Shown here one piece after another: positions 1 to 12,629 of a stretch of DNA of 64,000 bases. The position numbers were made by a program, and so were the translations under genes. Origin of the DNA: Chrysomallon squamiferum. Lineage: Eukaryota; Animalia; Mollusca. Numbering within the stretch: the stretch's first letter is position 1; every line of letters starts with the position of its first letter. The stretch is taken from assembly GCA_012295275.1 (NCBI GenBank), contig CM022669.1:17422001-17486000 (forward strand). The letters run 5' to 3'. A model generated the notes under the pieces. It was not told the DNA's origin. It ran no database searches and worked only from the letters and a program-made list of their open reading frames with translations.

Positions 1-658
1 GTACTGTGAATTAAAACAAAACAACTATATCAAATCCAAGATGATCATGTAATTGTTGAATAGCCAGATATGATATTAGACCAACAAGAAAGGTCTATAT
101 ATATATATATATATATATATAAAGGTCAAATTGGTAATTATATTAAAGAGAACTGATTATATATTTAAATGGATATTTGGCTATGATATATCAGATGAAA
201 AAAAAAAAAGATATTAAAATGAATGTTAACAAGAGAAAACAAAAATGAAGATATTAATTATGAATGAATGATATATGAATTAATATTTAACAGCAACATG
301 TTTTTAATGTACATACTGAAAATGTTTATGAGAAGCAAAAGCGATTTTCAGTTTAAATCTGTAAATGGTAAGAGGTTAGTGCTGTAGTAAGTCATAAAAC
401 ATCAAATATATTTTATCTAAGCATCTAGTGATAAGTGGATTGTTTTATGGCTGTTTCTTCTTCTTGTTAATTTTTGTTTTATTATTACTTATTTATTCTG
501 TTTTGTTAATTATTGTATTTACTTATTTATTAGATCTCAAACATTATCGCTGCTATCATTACTAGCATTAATGTTGTTGTTTTGTGTTTTTCTTATTTGT
601 TTTTATTAAATTTTTTATTCATTCATTCATGCATTTACTTATTTACTTATTTGTTTGT

Positions 659-697
<39 letters not shown>

Positions 698-729
698 TTT
701 GTTTATTTGCTTATTTATTTATTTATTAC

Positions 730-2251
730 CTTGTTATTGGCTGTTTTCTGAAAGCAGTTGGAAACAAGTTTAGCTGTAATTTCTGGAAATGCTGTACAGA
801 TATTTTTGGTTATAATGGCCCCCATGGACACCAGGAATGTGGCCACTTCCAAATGATTTCCTAGAAAACATTAAAAAAAATAATAATAACAAAAAAAAGT
901 AACTTGTTTCCTTATAACAGTTTCTAGACTGCATTGATTATCATTTTCTTCAATAGCTTTTAGAATATATTAACTGCCTTTGCCTTGAAAGAATTTCTGA
1001 AACAAATTAACTACCACTGCTCTGCAATAGTCTCTAGAATATGTTAATTGCAATTATTCTATAAATTTCTAGAATATGTTAATTGCAATTATTCTATAAA
1101 TTTCTAGAATATGTTAATTGCCATTATCCTAAAATAGTTTCAAGATTAATAAACTTTACTACTGCTGCTAATTATCTGTAGACAAAATATCCATGCAATT
1201 GTTTTCTTCAAAAAATTAACAACTGATTCCCTGTAATCATTTCTAGAATAAATTAATCAATTTTATTTTATCACAGTTTCTGTCACAAGTCAGTTAATGC
1301 CCTACAACAATTTGAAGAATAAGTTAATTACTGCTGAACCAAAAACTTTTCTAAAATAAGATAATTATTTAGTTGGTTTTTTTTTCTGTTTTTTTTTTAA
1401 TGAATTACAAAATTAAATGTTGTCACTGTCCTAGATTAATTCTCTAAATCAACAGTATCACTGTAACAACTTAGTTTCTCTAGAAATGTTTAATAATAAT
1501 AATGAACAAAATTTCTGGAGTAAGTTATAAATTACTGTTGTCCTGTAATGGTTTCTAGATTTAAATTAAAATTACCACTACACGCTTCCCAAAGCGGTAC
1601 CAAGTTTTCACAACCATCGAGAGAGTGCACGTTTTCCTTTGGCTCGTTTAAATCAGTGCATGGCATCATCCAGAATCTTACCACCTCCAGATTACCTCTG
1701 CTGCAAGCAGCCAGGATGAGAGAGCTGCGAGCTTCTTCAGATTTTACCACTGCTGTATAGAAAGTAGCATTTACTCAGAATTCTCAGGTAGGAGAGAGAT
1801 TGCAAAGATAACTGAATTAATGAATAAATAAAAACAGCATAAAATATGAATGGCTGAATGGGAAAAAAAAAAAGAAGAAGAAATAACTAGAAAAAAAAAG
1901 TTAAAGTTAAAGTTAAAATTAATGAATAAATAAAATAAGATGTTACTATGAAGATTAAACATTAAATGAATGAGTGAATGTGTATAAATACACAATGCAT
2001 GTACCTATATGTGCATACATATACACGCACACACTACATGTACACACACAGACACAAACAGGCACACACACACACAGAGAGAACATAACGTAACATAAAA
2101 TAAAATAATAATAAAATAAAAGTGTTAGAAAAGAAGGAGATTGCATAATATAAAAAAGGTTTTTGAATATATAAATATATGTAAAATTCATATCTAAAGT
2201 GCACTGAGTTTAAGTCATCACTCAGAACAAATGGTTGTTTTGAGAGTGCGC

Positions 2252-2283
<32 letters not shown>

Positions 2284-2656
2284 GGTTACAGACGTATCAA
2301 CAAATTGAAGAAATTACATTTTAAAATATTAACTCACATGGCCGATGGTCAGTTAGTTTTTTCAAAACTTCAACGTGACCCATAACGGTTGCTATGTAAA
2401 ACGGAGAATCCTCTTTCCAGATGTTACGATGGTAGTCAGCTCCATGACACAACAGAAGAGAAACCAGATCAGCGTGTCCATTGGCTGCAGCTATTTGCAG
2501 AGGGGTTTTCTATAATAACGATAATGAAAAGGATAAAGAAATAGCAGTTAGTTTGGCCAGCAAAATCTATTACAAGAAAACAATGGCAATAATAATAGTA
2601 ATATTAGAATAATTGTAGTTACAACAACTACAACAACAACAACAACAATAGCAACC

Positions 2657-2706
<50 letters not shown>

Positions 2707-5630
2707 TAATAATAACAATGACACAACAACAACAACAATATAGTAATAAGGATGGTAAGACTGACAATAATAATAATAATAGTAATATAATGACAATGAT
2801 AATAATAGTAATATAATGACAATAATAATAATAGTAATATAATGACAATGATAATAATAGTAATATAATGACAATGATAATAATAGTAAGATAATGACAA
2901 TGATAATAATAGTAATATAATGACAATAATAATAATAATAGTAATATAATGACAATAATAATAATAGTAATATAATGACAATGATAATAATAGTAATATA
3001 ATGACAATGATAATAATAGTAATATAATGACAATGATAATAATAGTAAGATAATGACAATGATAATAATAGTAATATAATGACAATGATAATAATAGTAA
3101 GATAATGACAATGATAATAATAGTAATATAATGACTATGATAATAATAGTAATACAATAACAACAATAAGAATAATAATAATAACACTGCTGCTAATAAT
3201 GATGATGATGATGATGGTGAAGATGATTGTAAGGATGGACAAAAATTATTACTGTAATAGTAATACCACAAGTGATATAATATGAAAACAACAACATTAA
3301 TAAAACATGTTTTATATAAAACTAAAATAAAATACTAATATATTGTTATTAATCAGTAATATTAAGAAATATTAAAAAACATGATAATGATGATGATAAA
3401 CACAGAAACAATAACAATAAAAACATTAGAAACAGCAATTACAATAATAGAATTATGGCTGACAATAATATGAACTGAATACCAAGAATAATAGTGGTAG
3501 TGCAAAGAACAGCCACAACAACAGTAATGACGATGATGATGATGATGGTATCATGTTACAGTTGTAGTTGTAAACAACATATGCCTAGGTATGCGTATCT
3601 AATAATTATCTATTATAAGTAACAGTAGCAACAGTGGCAGTAATAATAATAATGAAAATGATGACGACGAGGATGATAAAGATAATGATGTAATAATAAT
3701 GAAGATGGAGATGATAATGATGATATCAAATCACACTTGTAATTCTAAAGCACATTTTCCTATGCATGTATTCTTAAAAACTCCCTAAATGTGCATAAGC
3801 ATTATACACCACGAAAAGAATAAAGTAAATTTACAAAAATTTATTTTGAAATTACACTTATTTTTTGTTTTTTTAACTTGTTATGGTTATCATTGATATG
3901 AAATGATATTAATTTAAACTGTATAATTAATTTATCTGTAACTGACTAATTTATCTATCATTTGGGCTAATAAAACTGTGTTATCAAAGTATCTGATAAT
4001 GAAAGCTAATTTATCTGTCATTTTGGCAATTAAAAGTGTTTTTATCTACAATTTATCTGATCAATCATTGATTACACTTTGGACTTTCGCTGTGTTCAGT
4101 GAAAAAGAGATTGTCTAAATTACTGAGCAACTTGCTGCATATTAAGTAATAAATATAACTGAAAAATTTTGAAAGTGTATAAATGTAGGTACTCAAAAGA
4201 GATTTTCTGTTTGGGAAATACAAGGTTAACTCCTAACTCCTAAAAAAAAAAAATTCAAAGTACTCACATGAATAGTTCTAAAATTATGAATTTCTTAATA
4301 TTTAATTTATGGAGGCTGTTTGCATACAACTGCATCTTTGAAGGGTCTATTCTGAAGCAAGATTATCTTTGACAAAGCTTATTTCATAATGTGTCATACT
4401 GTGTTCAAAATACTCAGTCTAAGTTTTTTGATAATTCTATGAAGTATATTTTATTGATATGTAAAGCCAAAGTTGGCAAAATCATTCATTCAAGTTAGAT
4501 GAAAAAAATAAAATCTTTGAAACTTTGTAACTTCACTTCTACTTGTACTACAAGCCTAATGAAGTACATTTAGAAGGCATGAATTCAGAATGTTCGTTCT
4601 TCTTTTAACAAGTTACAGTTTTCTTTGGCATCCAGTTACAATCCTAGAGCTAGTAAAGACCACATAATAATGTAAATGACTTGCTGGGTGCCCTTTCCTC
4701 CTGAGAGCAGGGCTCAGTCTATTTTACAGTGAGACTATGTTAAGCACACATGGACAAAAATCGGATACTCAATTACAATGTTAACAGTACTTACAAAAGT
4801 TACAAGTTTACTGACATAACTTAACTGGAGCAGAAGCTGGATTTCACTTGAATAACACTGAATGCATGAATCTGAGAACCTGATGGAATGTGGGAGTGGA
4901 TTTTATGAAGTAAATGTAAAACAAAAGAAGAAACTGAATGAGGAAATTTGAAACTTGTGTTATTATTTATTATGTGTGTGGTCTGTTTTGAAGCAAGTTT
5001 CAAATGTAAGAAGCTTAATTTTGCCCACTAACACTAATTAAACAGATTTATTCCATCATCATTTCTAATATTAATTCCAAGGCATTGTCATAACTGCAGA
5101 AAAATCAAATACAAAGATAAATACTACAGAATAAACAAACAAGAAGGCTGTTTCAGATCACAACAACAGGTGACAAACTGAAGTCATGTGACCATAGATT
5201 GTTAGGGCATTAGAAATAAACAAACTGCTGAAAATCTTCACAGAAAGCCTCCAAAATACATTCTGTGAACACACCTCTATATACTCATGCACAAGTACAT
5301 ATACATCAACAGTCATATACATTTATTCAAATGAATATAAGCACAAGCATGCAAACACACAAATACACCTTGGGATAACCTAGAATAAAAAAAATACAGA
5401 GATTTATATATCACCTGTTCCCATTCTTCTTCTAAGTCTATATTTCTGTGACTAAGTAGGATTTCAACAACACAAGAATGCCCGAGTTGACAGATTGCAT
5501 GGAAGAACTTCCTGTCTGAATGGAGGAGTTGGTCCAAGAAGGCATCGTTGCACTCACTGACAGTTTCAAGCAGTGTGTCAACATCGTTCCTATCCAAGGC
5601 AGCAGCAAACTCTTCCAGGGAAACAACCAT
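730..5630 (-). CDS. Ankyrin-repeat N-terminus of a probable LRRK1-like (ROCO) kinase, partial (continues past the left edge)
   Basis: GT-AG coding exons 5630-5415, 2509-2338, 1752-1576 and 860-730 join in phase (0,1,1,0) into 232 aa. Ankyrin motifs: FFHAICQLGHSCVVEILL, KTPLQIAAANGHADLVSLLLCHGA, SPFYIATVMGHVEVLKKL, LILAACSRGNLEVVRFW, VPLWEACSGNHLEVATFLVSMGA. The long insert before the last repeat and the GAIITKNICTAFPEITAKLVSNCF tail resemble my recollection of human LRRK1 (LACQRGHLGVVK...[22 protein letters not shown]...PDPSKHLLRKYF). The ankyrin call is firm; LRRK1 is inference because no LRR, ROC or kinase domain lies in the window. Confidence 0.8.
861..1575. repeat. Degenerate ~35-bp minisatellite filling an intron
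   Basis: Near-perfect copies of TCTAGAATATGTTAATTGCAATTATTCTATAAATT start at 1033, 1068 and 1103 (third copy diverging). Degenerate TTCTAGA-anchored copies occur at about 921, 959, 994, 1139, 1241, 1313, 1349, 1479, 1513 and 1553. Confidence 0.7.
2775..3150. repeat. 26-bp minisatellite (AATATAATGACAATGATAATAATAGT)n flanked by (AAT)n/(AAC)n microsatellites
   Basis: The unit is directly visible. It explains the 26-aa-periodic spurious ORFs in all three minus frames (2548-3271). Confidence 0.9.
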
Positions 5631-7691
5631 GTCTGAAATACATTACAATTTGATGTACTACCTGATACATATTTGGTGTCAACTAATGTCTATGCATGTA
5701 ATATTTACTTTTTATATATATATATATATATATAAAGTAAATATTACATGCATAGACATGAATTGACATCATATATATATATATATAATGAGGATCTGAA
5801 CTAAAAGCACCAAGTATAATCTAAAGACACATAAATATCATTAATGTGTGTGAGTTTATATCTCTTTGTTAAAACTTAAAGTACTTGGGAAATTCCTCCA
5901 AGACACTTGGGACATTAGTATGTGGGCTATCTTAAGGGACACAGGATAGTAGTGATCTGCCAATATTAGTCAGGATTGCAGGATATTATCAGTTGACAGG
6001 TAGAAAGATAGTTCAAGAAATAAGAAAGAATATCTGGCAATGAAGGAAGACATTTGGGCCAGTTCTCTGAATGTAATTATGATATCATCTATAATATTGT
6101 ACTATAACTGTCTATCACATTGTACAATCAGGCAGAGAAATTAACGATACAGACAAGATTGAACTTGTATAGATTTCTGTGTATAGGTGCTTTATACTGG
6201 GTATAGAATCAATGTACATTACTTGTATTTAATATATACTGAATATCTAAATATATTTGACATCTAAACTATATGAATCTAATACATAAATACAAATATG
6301 TATGTATGTGTGTCTGTGTCTGTGTCTGTGTGTGTGTGTGAATGTAAACAAGTGTATACTTTGAGTGAATATATTTGTTTGCATTTTGTGGAGATATTGA
6401 GAACTGTGTCAATATACCCAAGCCACTAAAATGAGTCTGTGTGTTTTATCACTGATGAATGCTTGTCAGGTGGTCTTAACTTTTATATTGTTCAGGTTTG
6501 TGAATACATAATCATAAATATATTGTATATAAGCACATACATTCAGACATAGTACTATTTTTTTTTAATATTCAGAATTCTTTCTTTTCTTCAATCTAGT
6601 ATTCAGAATAATCTGATCTTAGCCATGTCAGATATAGGATTCTCAAACTGTAAACACCATCAAAGACAAACAAGTACAGAAAAGAAAAAAAACTTATCAA
6701 ATTTAACACTGGAAATAATTTAAAAATTACAATATTTTACTTTTATGTTTTCTGTGAACATAATTACCTTTTGTTTGTTTATATCATTTATATCAAAGCC
6801 AGCCTTAGTCTTAGTAATAAATAATTTTTGTTACGTAACACGAATGAAATTTCTTATTATAATTTTGATCCAATCAAACAGCAGTGATTTTTGTTGTTGT
6901 TATTTTGTATTTATGTACATATACATATATATATATATATATAAATTAATTTCATCAGCATTCTGTAAACATCAATGGTCTTGGTGCTTCTTTGGTAATG
7001 TATATATTATGTAGATATCTGTATTGCACATGTAGTAGTTTTTGAATGTGTATCATTAACAACCACCACAATAATAAATAAATAACAAAACAAAACAAAA
7101 TTTTAAAATGTTTAAAACAAATAAATATGGATTATTTCATAAATTTTGTAATAAAATATTAATAAATAATAATAAGAATAATAAATAAATAAAATAAAAT
7201 AAATAAGTAAATAAATAAATCAATAAATCAATAATAATAATAATAATAATAATGATAATTAATCATTAATAAATAAAAAATTACTACTGTTGCTAATAAT
7301 GAAAAACATTTGAACCGTCAGTGAATATCACTGTCCATGAACTAGGCCAGAAAGAACAAAACTTTTAAAAAGAAAACCGTAAGTAATTGCGAACAGTTCA
7401 GCCTTCGCCCCTACACTTCATACACTATATTTACTAGGTTTTAATTGGCTTTACCCGTAAGTTAATAAAATGTACGAAAAACTATATTTTTTTGGAAAAG
7501 TTGGTCCTTAAATTAAATTAATTATATGCGCCAGAATGATAAAATGTCGTGACAGCCGACTCTCTGTCAACAGATGCCCGCCCCAACTGACTCTCATCGT
7601 CTGTTTTTCATTCTAATATTAACCATTTATCGGCAGTCGTGTGTATCACTGCATGACAGACTTCCAAAACCGAAACCACTAATAAACTTAC

Positions 7692-7890
7692 TTCATTGCT
7701 GGTCAATTCTGAAATTTGTTAAATCTCATTCTGTCATGGACACCACTCCAGGAAGACTTCTTTTTACTAAGAAAAACGGAAATAGATTGGGTAAAACCAC
7801 GTTTCCCCAAAAAGAGACACATGTCATCTCCAGCGGCTTTTAAATAATAGTACAATGGAGAGGAAATATATAACTTTTTTTAACTTCCTT
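7692..7890 (-). other. Probable non-coding first exon (5' UTR) of the ankyrin/LRRK1-like gene
   Basis: Strong minus-strand donor GAA|GTAAGT at 7691, inside a CpG-rich patch. The next exon has an acceptor TTCAG only 2 nt before the ATG at 5630, so an upstream UTR exon is implied. The 5' end is approximate. Confidence 0.55.
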
Positions 7891-7903
7891 GTTTCGCAAA
7901 GTT

Positions 7904-7925
7904 ACGTCACGTGACGTTCACGTGA
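7904..7925. promoter_or_regulatory. Palindromic E-box/CLEAR-type and CRE-like motif cluster in the promoter
   Basis: Perfect 14-bp palindrome ACGTCACGTGACGT (7904-7917) containing GTCACGTGAC, followed immediately by TCACGTGA (7918-7925). It lies just upstream of the putative first exon. Confidence 0.55.
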
Positions 7926-9658
7926 GACTTATCGTACGGTAGTATCTGAATTTTTTTTTTTCATTTTTGTTACACGTTACACAGGTTCATAAAAACTTCA
8001 TAAAAATGATAAGATATTGTGTAATATTTAATAATATTAAAAACGAAAGCAAATTAATGATTATTTGTGTGAGACAATCTTCAGCTGGATTCTGAATTAT
8101 GGATTTTATTTATTTATTTATATATTTATTTTCATTTCATTTCATTATTTTAATAATAACAATTTTATTTTTACTATCTGCACGAATGATAAACAGAAGT
8201 TAGGCCTAGATCTGACTGCATGATTTCAGCTCCGGCTCTTACCTTAAATTATTATATTTCGCTTATTTATTTATATATTTATTTATATATTTATTTATTT
8301 ATTTATTTATTATATAACAGCTATTTGTATTCTTTATTTTCAAATATTAGAAGGCAGTACATGGTCGTAACAATACTGAGGCAAATGCCTCGAACCGAAA
8401 TTAACGATTATGTTTTGTTTATTTTATTATTATTATTATTATTATTATTATACAAAGATATTATTTTAAAAATATAAAATATAAATATCTATTCCGACAG
8501 AAACGATGTCATCTGAATGAATTTCTCTGAAGTCTACCGACATCGTTGCGACAAAAGACATAACTGACTTCAAAGACATCAAACAGGTTTATCGGCGATT
8601 GAGAGTTTTTTGCCTCATTTCAAAAAGTGTAGCTTTTGCCAATAATTAAATGAACGCGTTTCATTGTAGACACGGAGCAACAATAAAATTAATAATTACT
8701 CAAAAAAAAAAAAAAAAAAAAAAAAGTATAACAGCAACCACAGCAACAATATTAATAATAATAATAAAATCTCCAACAAAAAAAATTGTGACTCCATTTT
8801 TGCATTTATATTATACATACTTGTGACGTAATTTCAGTATCTCATGTTCTACACCATAATATATTTCCGACCCACCTGTCTATAAACTTTTGTGAATTTC
8901 TAATACAATTCACCGAAGATATTTAGGTCGTCGTCTTGCATAAACTCGTCAAGTGAGTACTGTAAAATAACTAAATGTCTGCCTTTTATGACTGATGCAT
9001 CAAAAGTTTAGGCGTAATTTGTCTTCTGTGCCTGGAAAATACAATTTAAAAACTCCATTGCCGTTAGTATGACAACCTAATATTGCAAAGTAACTACAAT
9101 AAATAATCCATGTTTTAAGTCTCTTCACTTATTTATTTCACTCTGTAACTATGACTGAGGGTGTAACTGTGAACAGAGACCTGATATGTTTACTCACTTC
9201 AAGGGTATATGACGGGGCGTATCCAGAATTTAAATAAGATAAAGATATCTTTAAATAATATTGATGATGATGATACTACTACTACTACTAGTATTAATAA
9301 TAATAATTGTGAATACGTTTTGTGCTTGATTCGCAGAATCAAGAATCAAACATACTCGATGGTCCTGGTAACTTTCGGTTTTTTCCCCGTTTTAAACCAG
9401 GGATAAAAAACGGGTACACCAAAGGTTGTGGTAATTATTCTGCTGTTTATAGGAAGGTACTTTTAGCTCATAAAATTGTGACAGCGAGTTGACTCTCTTA
9501 ATATATTTGTGACCGAGATATACCCATAGTAAATATGTTTAGAGCTTGCATTGTTAGATAAAGCAGATTTCTGGAGCTTTTCATGTTTTATCGCCCTTTA
9601 TTGAATCAGCGTTTTGCTTGGAGACTTGTTGAATATAAGCCCTTTTCCACATGTAGTA

Positions 9659-9661
<3 letters not shown>

Positions 9662-9702
<41 letters not shown>
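9662..9702. repeat. (GT)n microsatellite
   Basis: Pure dinucleotide run. Confidence 0.95.
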
Positions 9703-9705
<3 letters not shown>

Positions 9706-10934
9706 ATTTAAAGAGTCTGAATGCAATATTTTGTAAGTAAAAAAGCCTCAGTGATGTAAAGTCGAGAGTCAGGTTTCATAAATCGTGTCGAGGCATTAAG
9801 TTATGATTAGGAAAATCATATTTTGAAACCATTAATCATCTGAGTAAAACTACTCTTTGTATTCACGCACACAGATACGCACCCAGACGCAAACATACAC
9901 GGAGAGACGAATACACAAAAGAGATGAAAGGTAACAATATTTTGGTACGACTTTACGACGTATAAAAAGCAGCTGACAGAACATCTTTCGTCAGTATTGG
10001 TTGCTAGCGAATGTTCACGTCACTGTTTTCAGTTTTAACTATTGCGAATTTATAACAGTACCATGAAACAATAACATTAACAATAATTTCAAAAAAAAAA
10101 AAAAATTATTTCCCAAAGTAGCCTCCACATTATGTCACATTATTATGATTATTAAATTAATGAATTAATATTCATTTTATTTAAGCTTTCAAGACAAAAA
10201 GGTAGACACTACTGTTGGCGTAAATAAAACTTTAATCAATGTGATGACGTCATTAATTCTGAAATATGGTATAGATAATAATAATAATAATAATAATAAT
10301 AATTATTATTATTATTATTATTATTATTATTTATTATTATTATTATTAAATCAGTTGCTACACAATTTGTTATGCACGCATGCACATACACAAGTTACTG
10401 GCGTACCGCACACGTATAATTATGCTTATAGATAAATAGGCTATTTTTCTTAGGCATCTGTAGAATATGAGTTACGAGAAACACATATATTATTCATATA
10501 TTTCGTCTTCACCACCGATAATTAATGCCAAATATGTCTGCACGTTTTTCTTACCAAGATACCCAAGCAATTATCAGGACTTTGAGAATCGAAACTAAGG
10601 CTAATACACCGACTGGTTGCCATTTTGTTACCTCTAGCTGCTTTTGTTTCGGTGTACCAGTTTTCAAACGGAGCAGGGTCATTTTAATTTATTTATTTTA
10701 TTATTATTATTTTATTTTTTTTCCCTTTCAAGTCCTGCAGCGTGTCATTACTTCGCCATCACTAATTAACTAATTATTAAATTCACACCAAACCGTGACA
10801 GCAACACCTGTTGCTGGATTGTTAAAGGCACTGACAAACGATTGTAACTAGGTGAGAAAAAACATGGAATAGAAACACGTGGTGGTTAAATTACATCTAG
10901 TCACTATGGTTTCATACGAAATAACAGCATATTT

Positions 10935-10939
<5 letters not shown>

Positions 10940-10994
<55 letters not shown>
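10940..10994. repeat. (AT)n microsatellite
   Basis: Pure dinucleotide run followed by poly-T. Confidence 0.95.
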
Positions 10995-11008
<14 letters not shown>

Positions 11009-11728
11009 AGAAAACCCCGAAACAAACAAAAAACAAAAATAAAATAAAATAAAATGAACTAAATATTGAAAACAGGTGTAAAAACGGGGTCCCAAAGGTG
11101 CATGTCTTTTATTTTATTTTTTTCCAAGTAATGTTTATTTATTATTATTATTATTATTATTTTATTTTTTTTACTGTTGTTGTCAAGAGTGAAATTCGTT
11201 TCATATATTGCCTTCTAGCTAGCTATATTAATTTATTTATTTTAATTAAATGTCCTTTAATTTTATTCGTGGCCTTTTTCATACAAAAAAAAAAAAAAAA
11301 AAAAAAAAATATCAGTTTGTATGTCTGTAGTTTTTATTTGAATTTTCTGACAGAGGTTTTGTATACATACACATAGATCAAGAGAGAGACAAACCGAGGT
11401 AACTATCTTTAAATAGTACTTTTTAGCTAATCAGGAACAGCACCTAAAACCATCAAGAGATACATTCTTTTTCTTACAATGTAGTACAAAGCACTAAATT
11501 TGTTTTAAAAAGATACTCCCTAAATAAATAACATTTTTTTTTTTTTTAATCATTACAAATACATTCAGTGTTATTATTGAAAACAGAAACTGTGATGACT
11601 CAGTATATTTTATTTCTGATTATGCACTTTCAATATTCTTGGGGAAAAAAAAGGACAAAAAAGAAAGGAAAGAAATTGTAAAGCGTTTATATCTATTTAC
11701 AGTAAATGTATTACCTATATGAAAGCAT

Positions 11729-11762
<34 letters not shown>

Positions 11763-12629
11763 AATATTTTACAAGCACATTCAAACACAGATATGCACAC
11801 AGCTGGATAAAGACATTCATAATTTTCAACATTTTGTACACTAACTCTTTCAAACATCATTTGGAACACAATGACCAATTATTATATTATTCTTTAGCAG
11901 AACTATCTGAAAAATTCAAACATATACAGAAAAAAGATTGTCCTTTACTATTTCATGATGTTTTAAACTAGTTTATAATATTAAAAAAATATATATATTT
12001 AAAAAAAAAAAAAAAAAATAAATAAATAATAATAATAATAAAATAAAGAAAAACAAAATTGTATGTAAATAATTTCTTCAGGGTCTGAGAATAGACTGTT
12101 TAAGGGTTTGTATGCTGGTTGTCATGTCTGTAACAAACACGTATATTCTTTGAAGAAACAAATAACCTGAAGCAGATGTTGTACCAGATGATACGTAACT
12201 GAACCTAGCACCTAAGTGGAATGTGTCACTGAAATGTTTAATTGAAATACCTTAAACATTTGGATCACAAAAATAGGTAATTAAATTTTATTAATCTGCT
12301 CAAAAACTGCTGGAACTTATTAAAATTAAAAAAGGCAAAGCACAAGCTCTGTCAATGAAAAACAATACATTCAAATTATCAGAAGCATAAAGTTTGAAAA
12401 AAGATCAGAAAAACCTTATCCCATCATTAAGGCAACTGAAATAAAAAAAAATATATATTTTTTTTTTAACCACAATAAGCCTTTTTGGTTCTTGTATAAA
12501 GGTATATCTACCCAGATTGTAACGTCAATTACTAAAGAGCATTCATAAACAAAACAAAACAAAAATAAAAATCTAAAGTGTTTCCTGGCTGGTTTGGAGT
12601 AAGAAACATTCCATTCTGTATAACGTATT

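Noticed and set aside
582-864. Plus-strand ORFs rich in YLFI, and similar poly-L/Y/I/HT/ER ORFs throughout the window
   Set aside because: They are microsatellite translations or antisense to real exons.
2548-3271. Long ORFs (143-233 aa) in three minus-strand frames
   Set aside because: They are translations of the 26-bp minisatellite and (AAT)n tracts, and lie in an intron of the ankyrin gene.
9213-9231. GGGGCGTATCCAGAATTT, resembling a MITE terminus (a similar relic lies near 13390-13415)
   Set aside because: No matching partner terminus or TSD nearby; too short to call.
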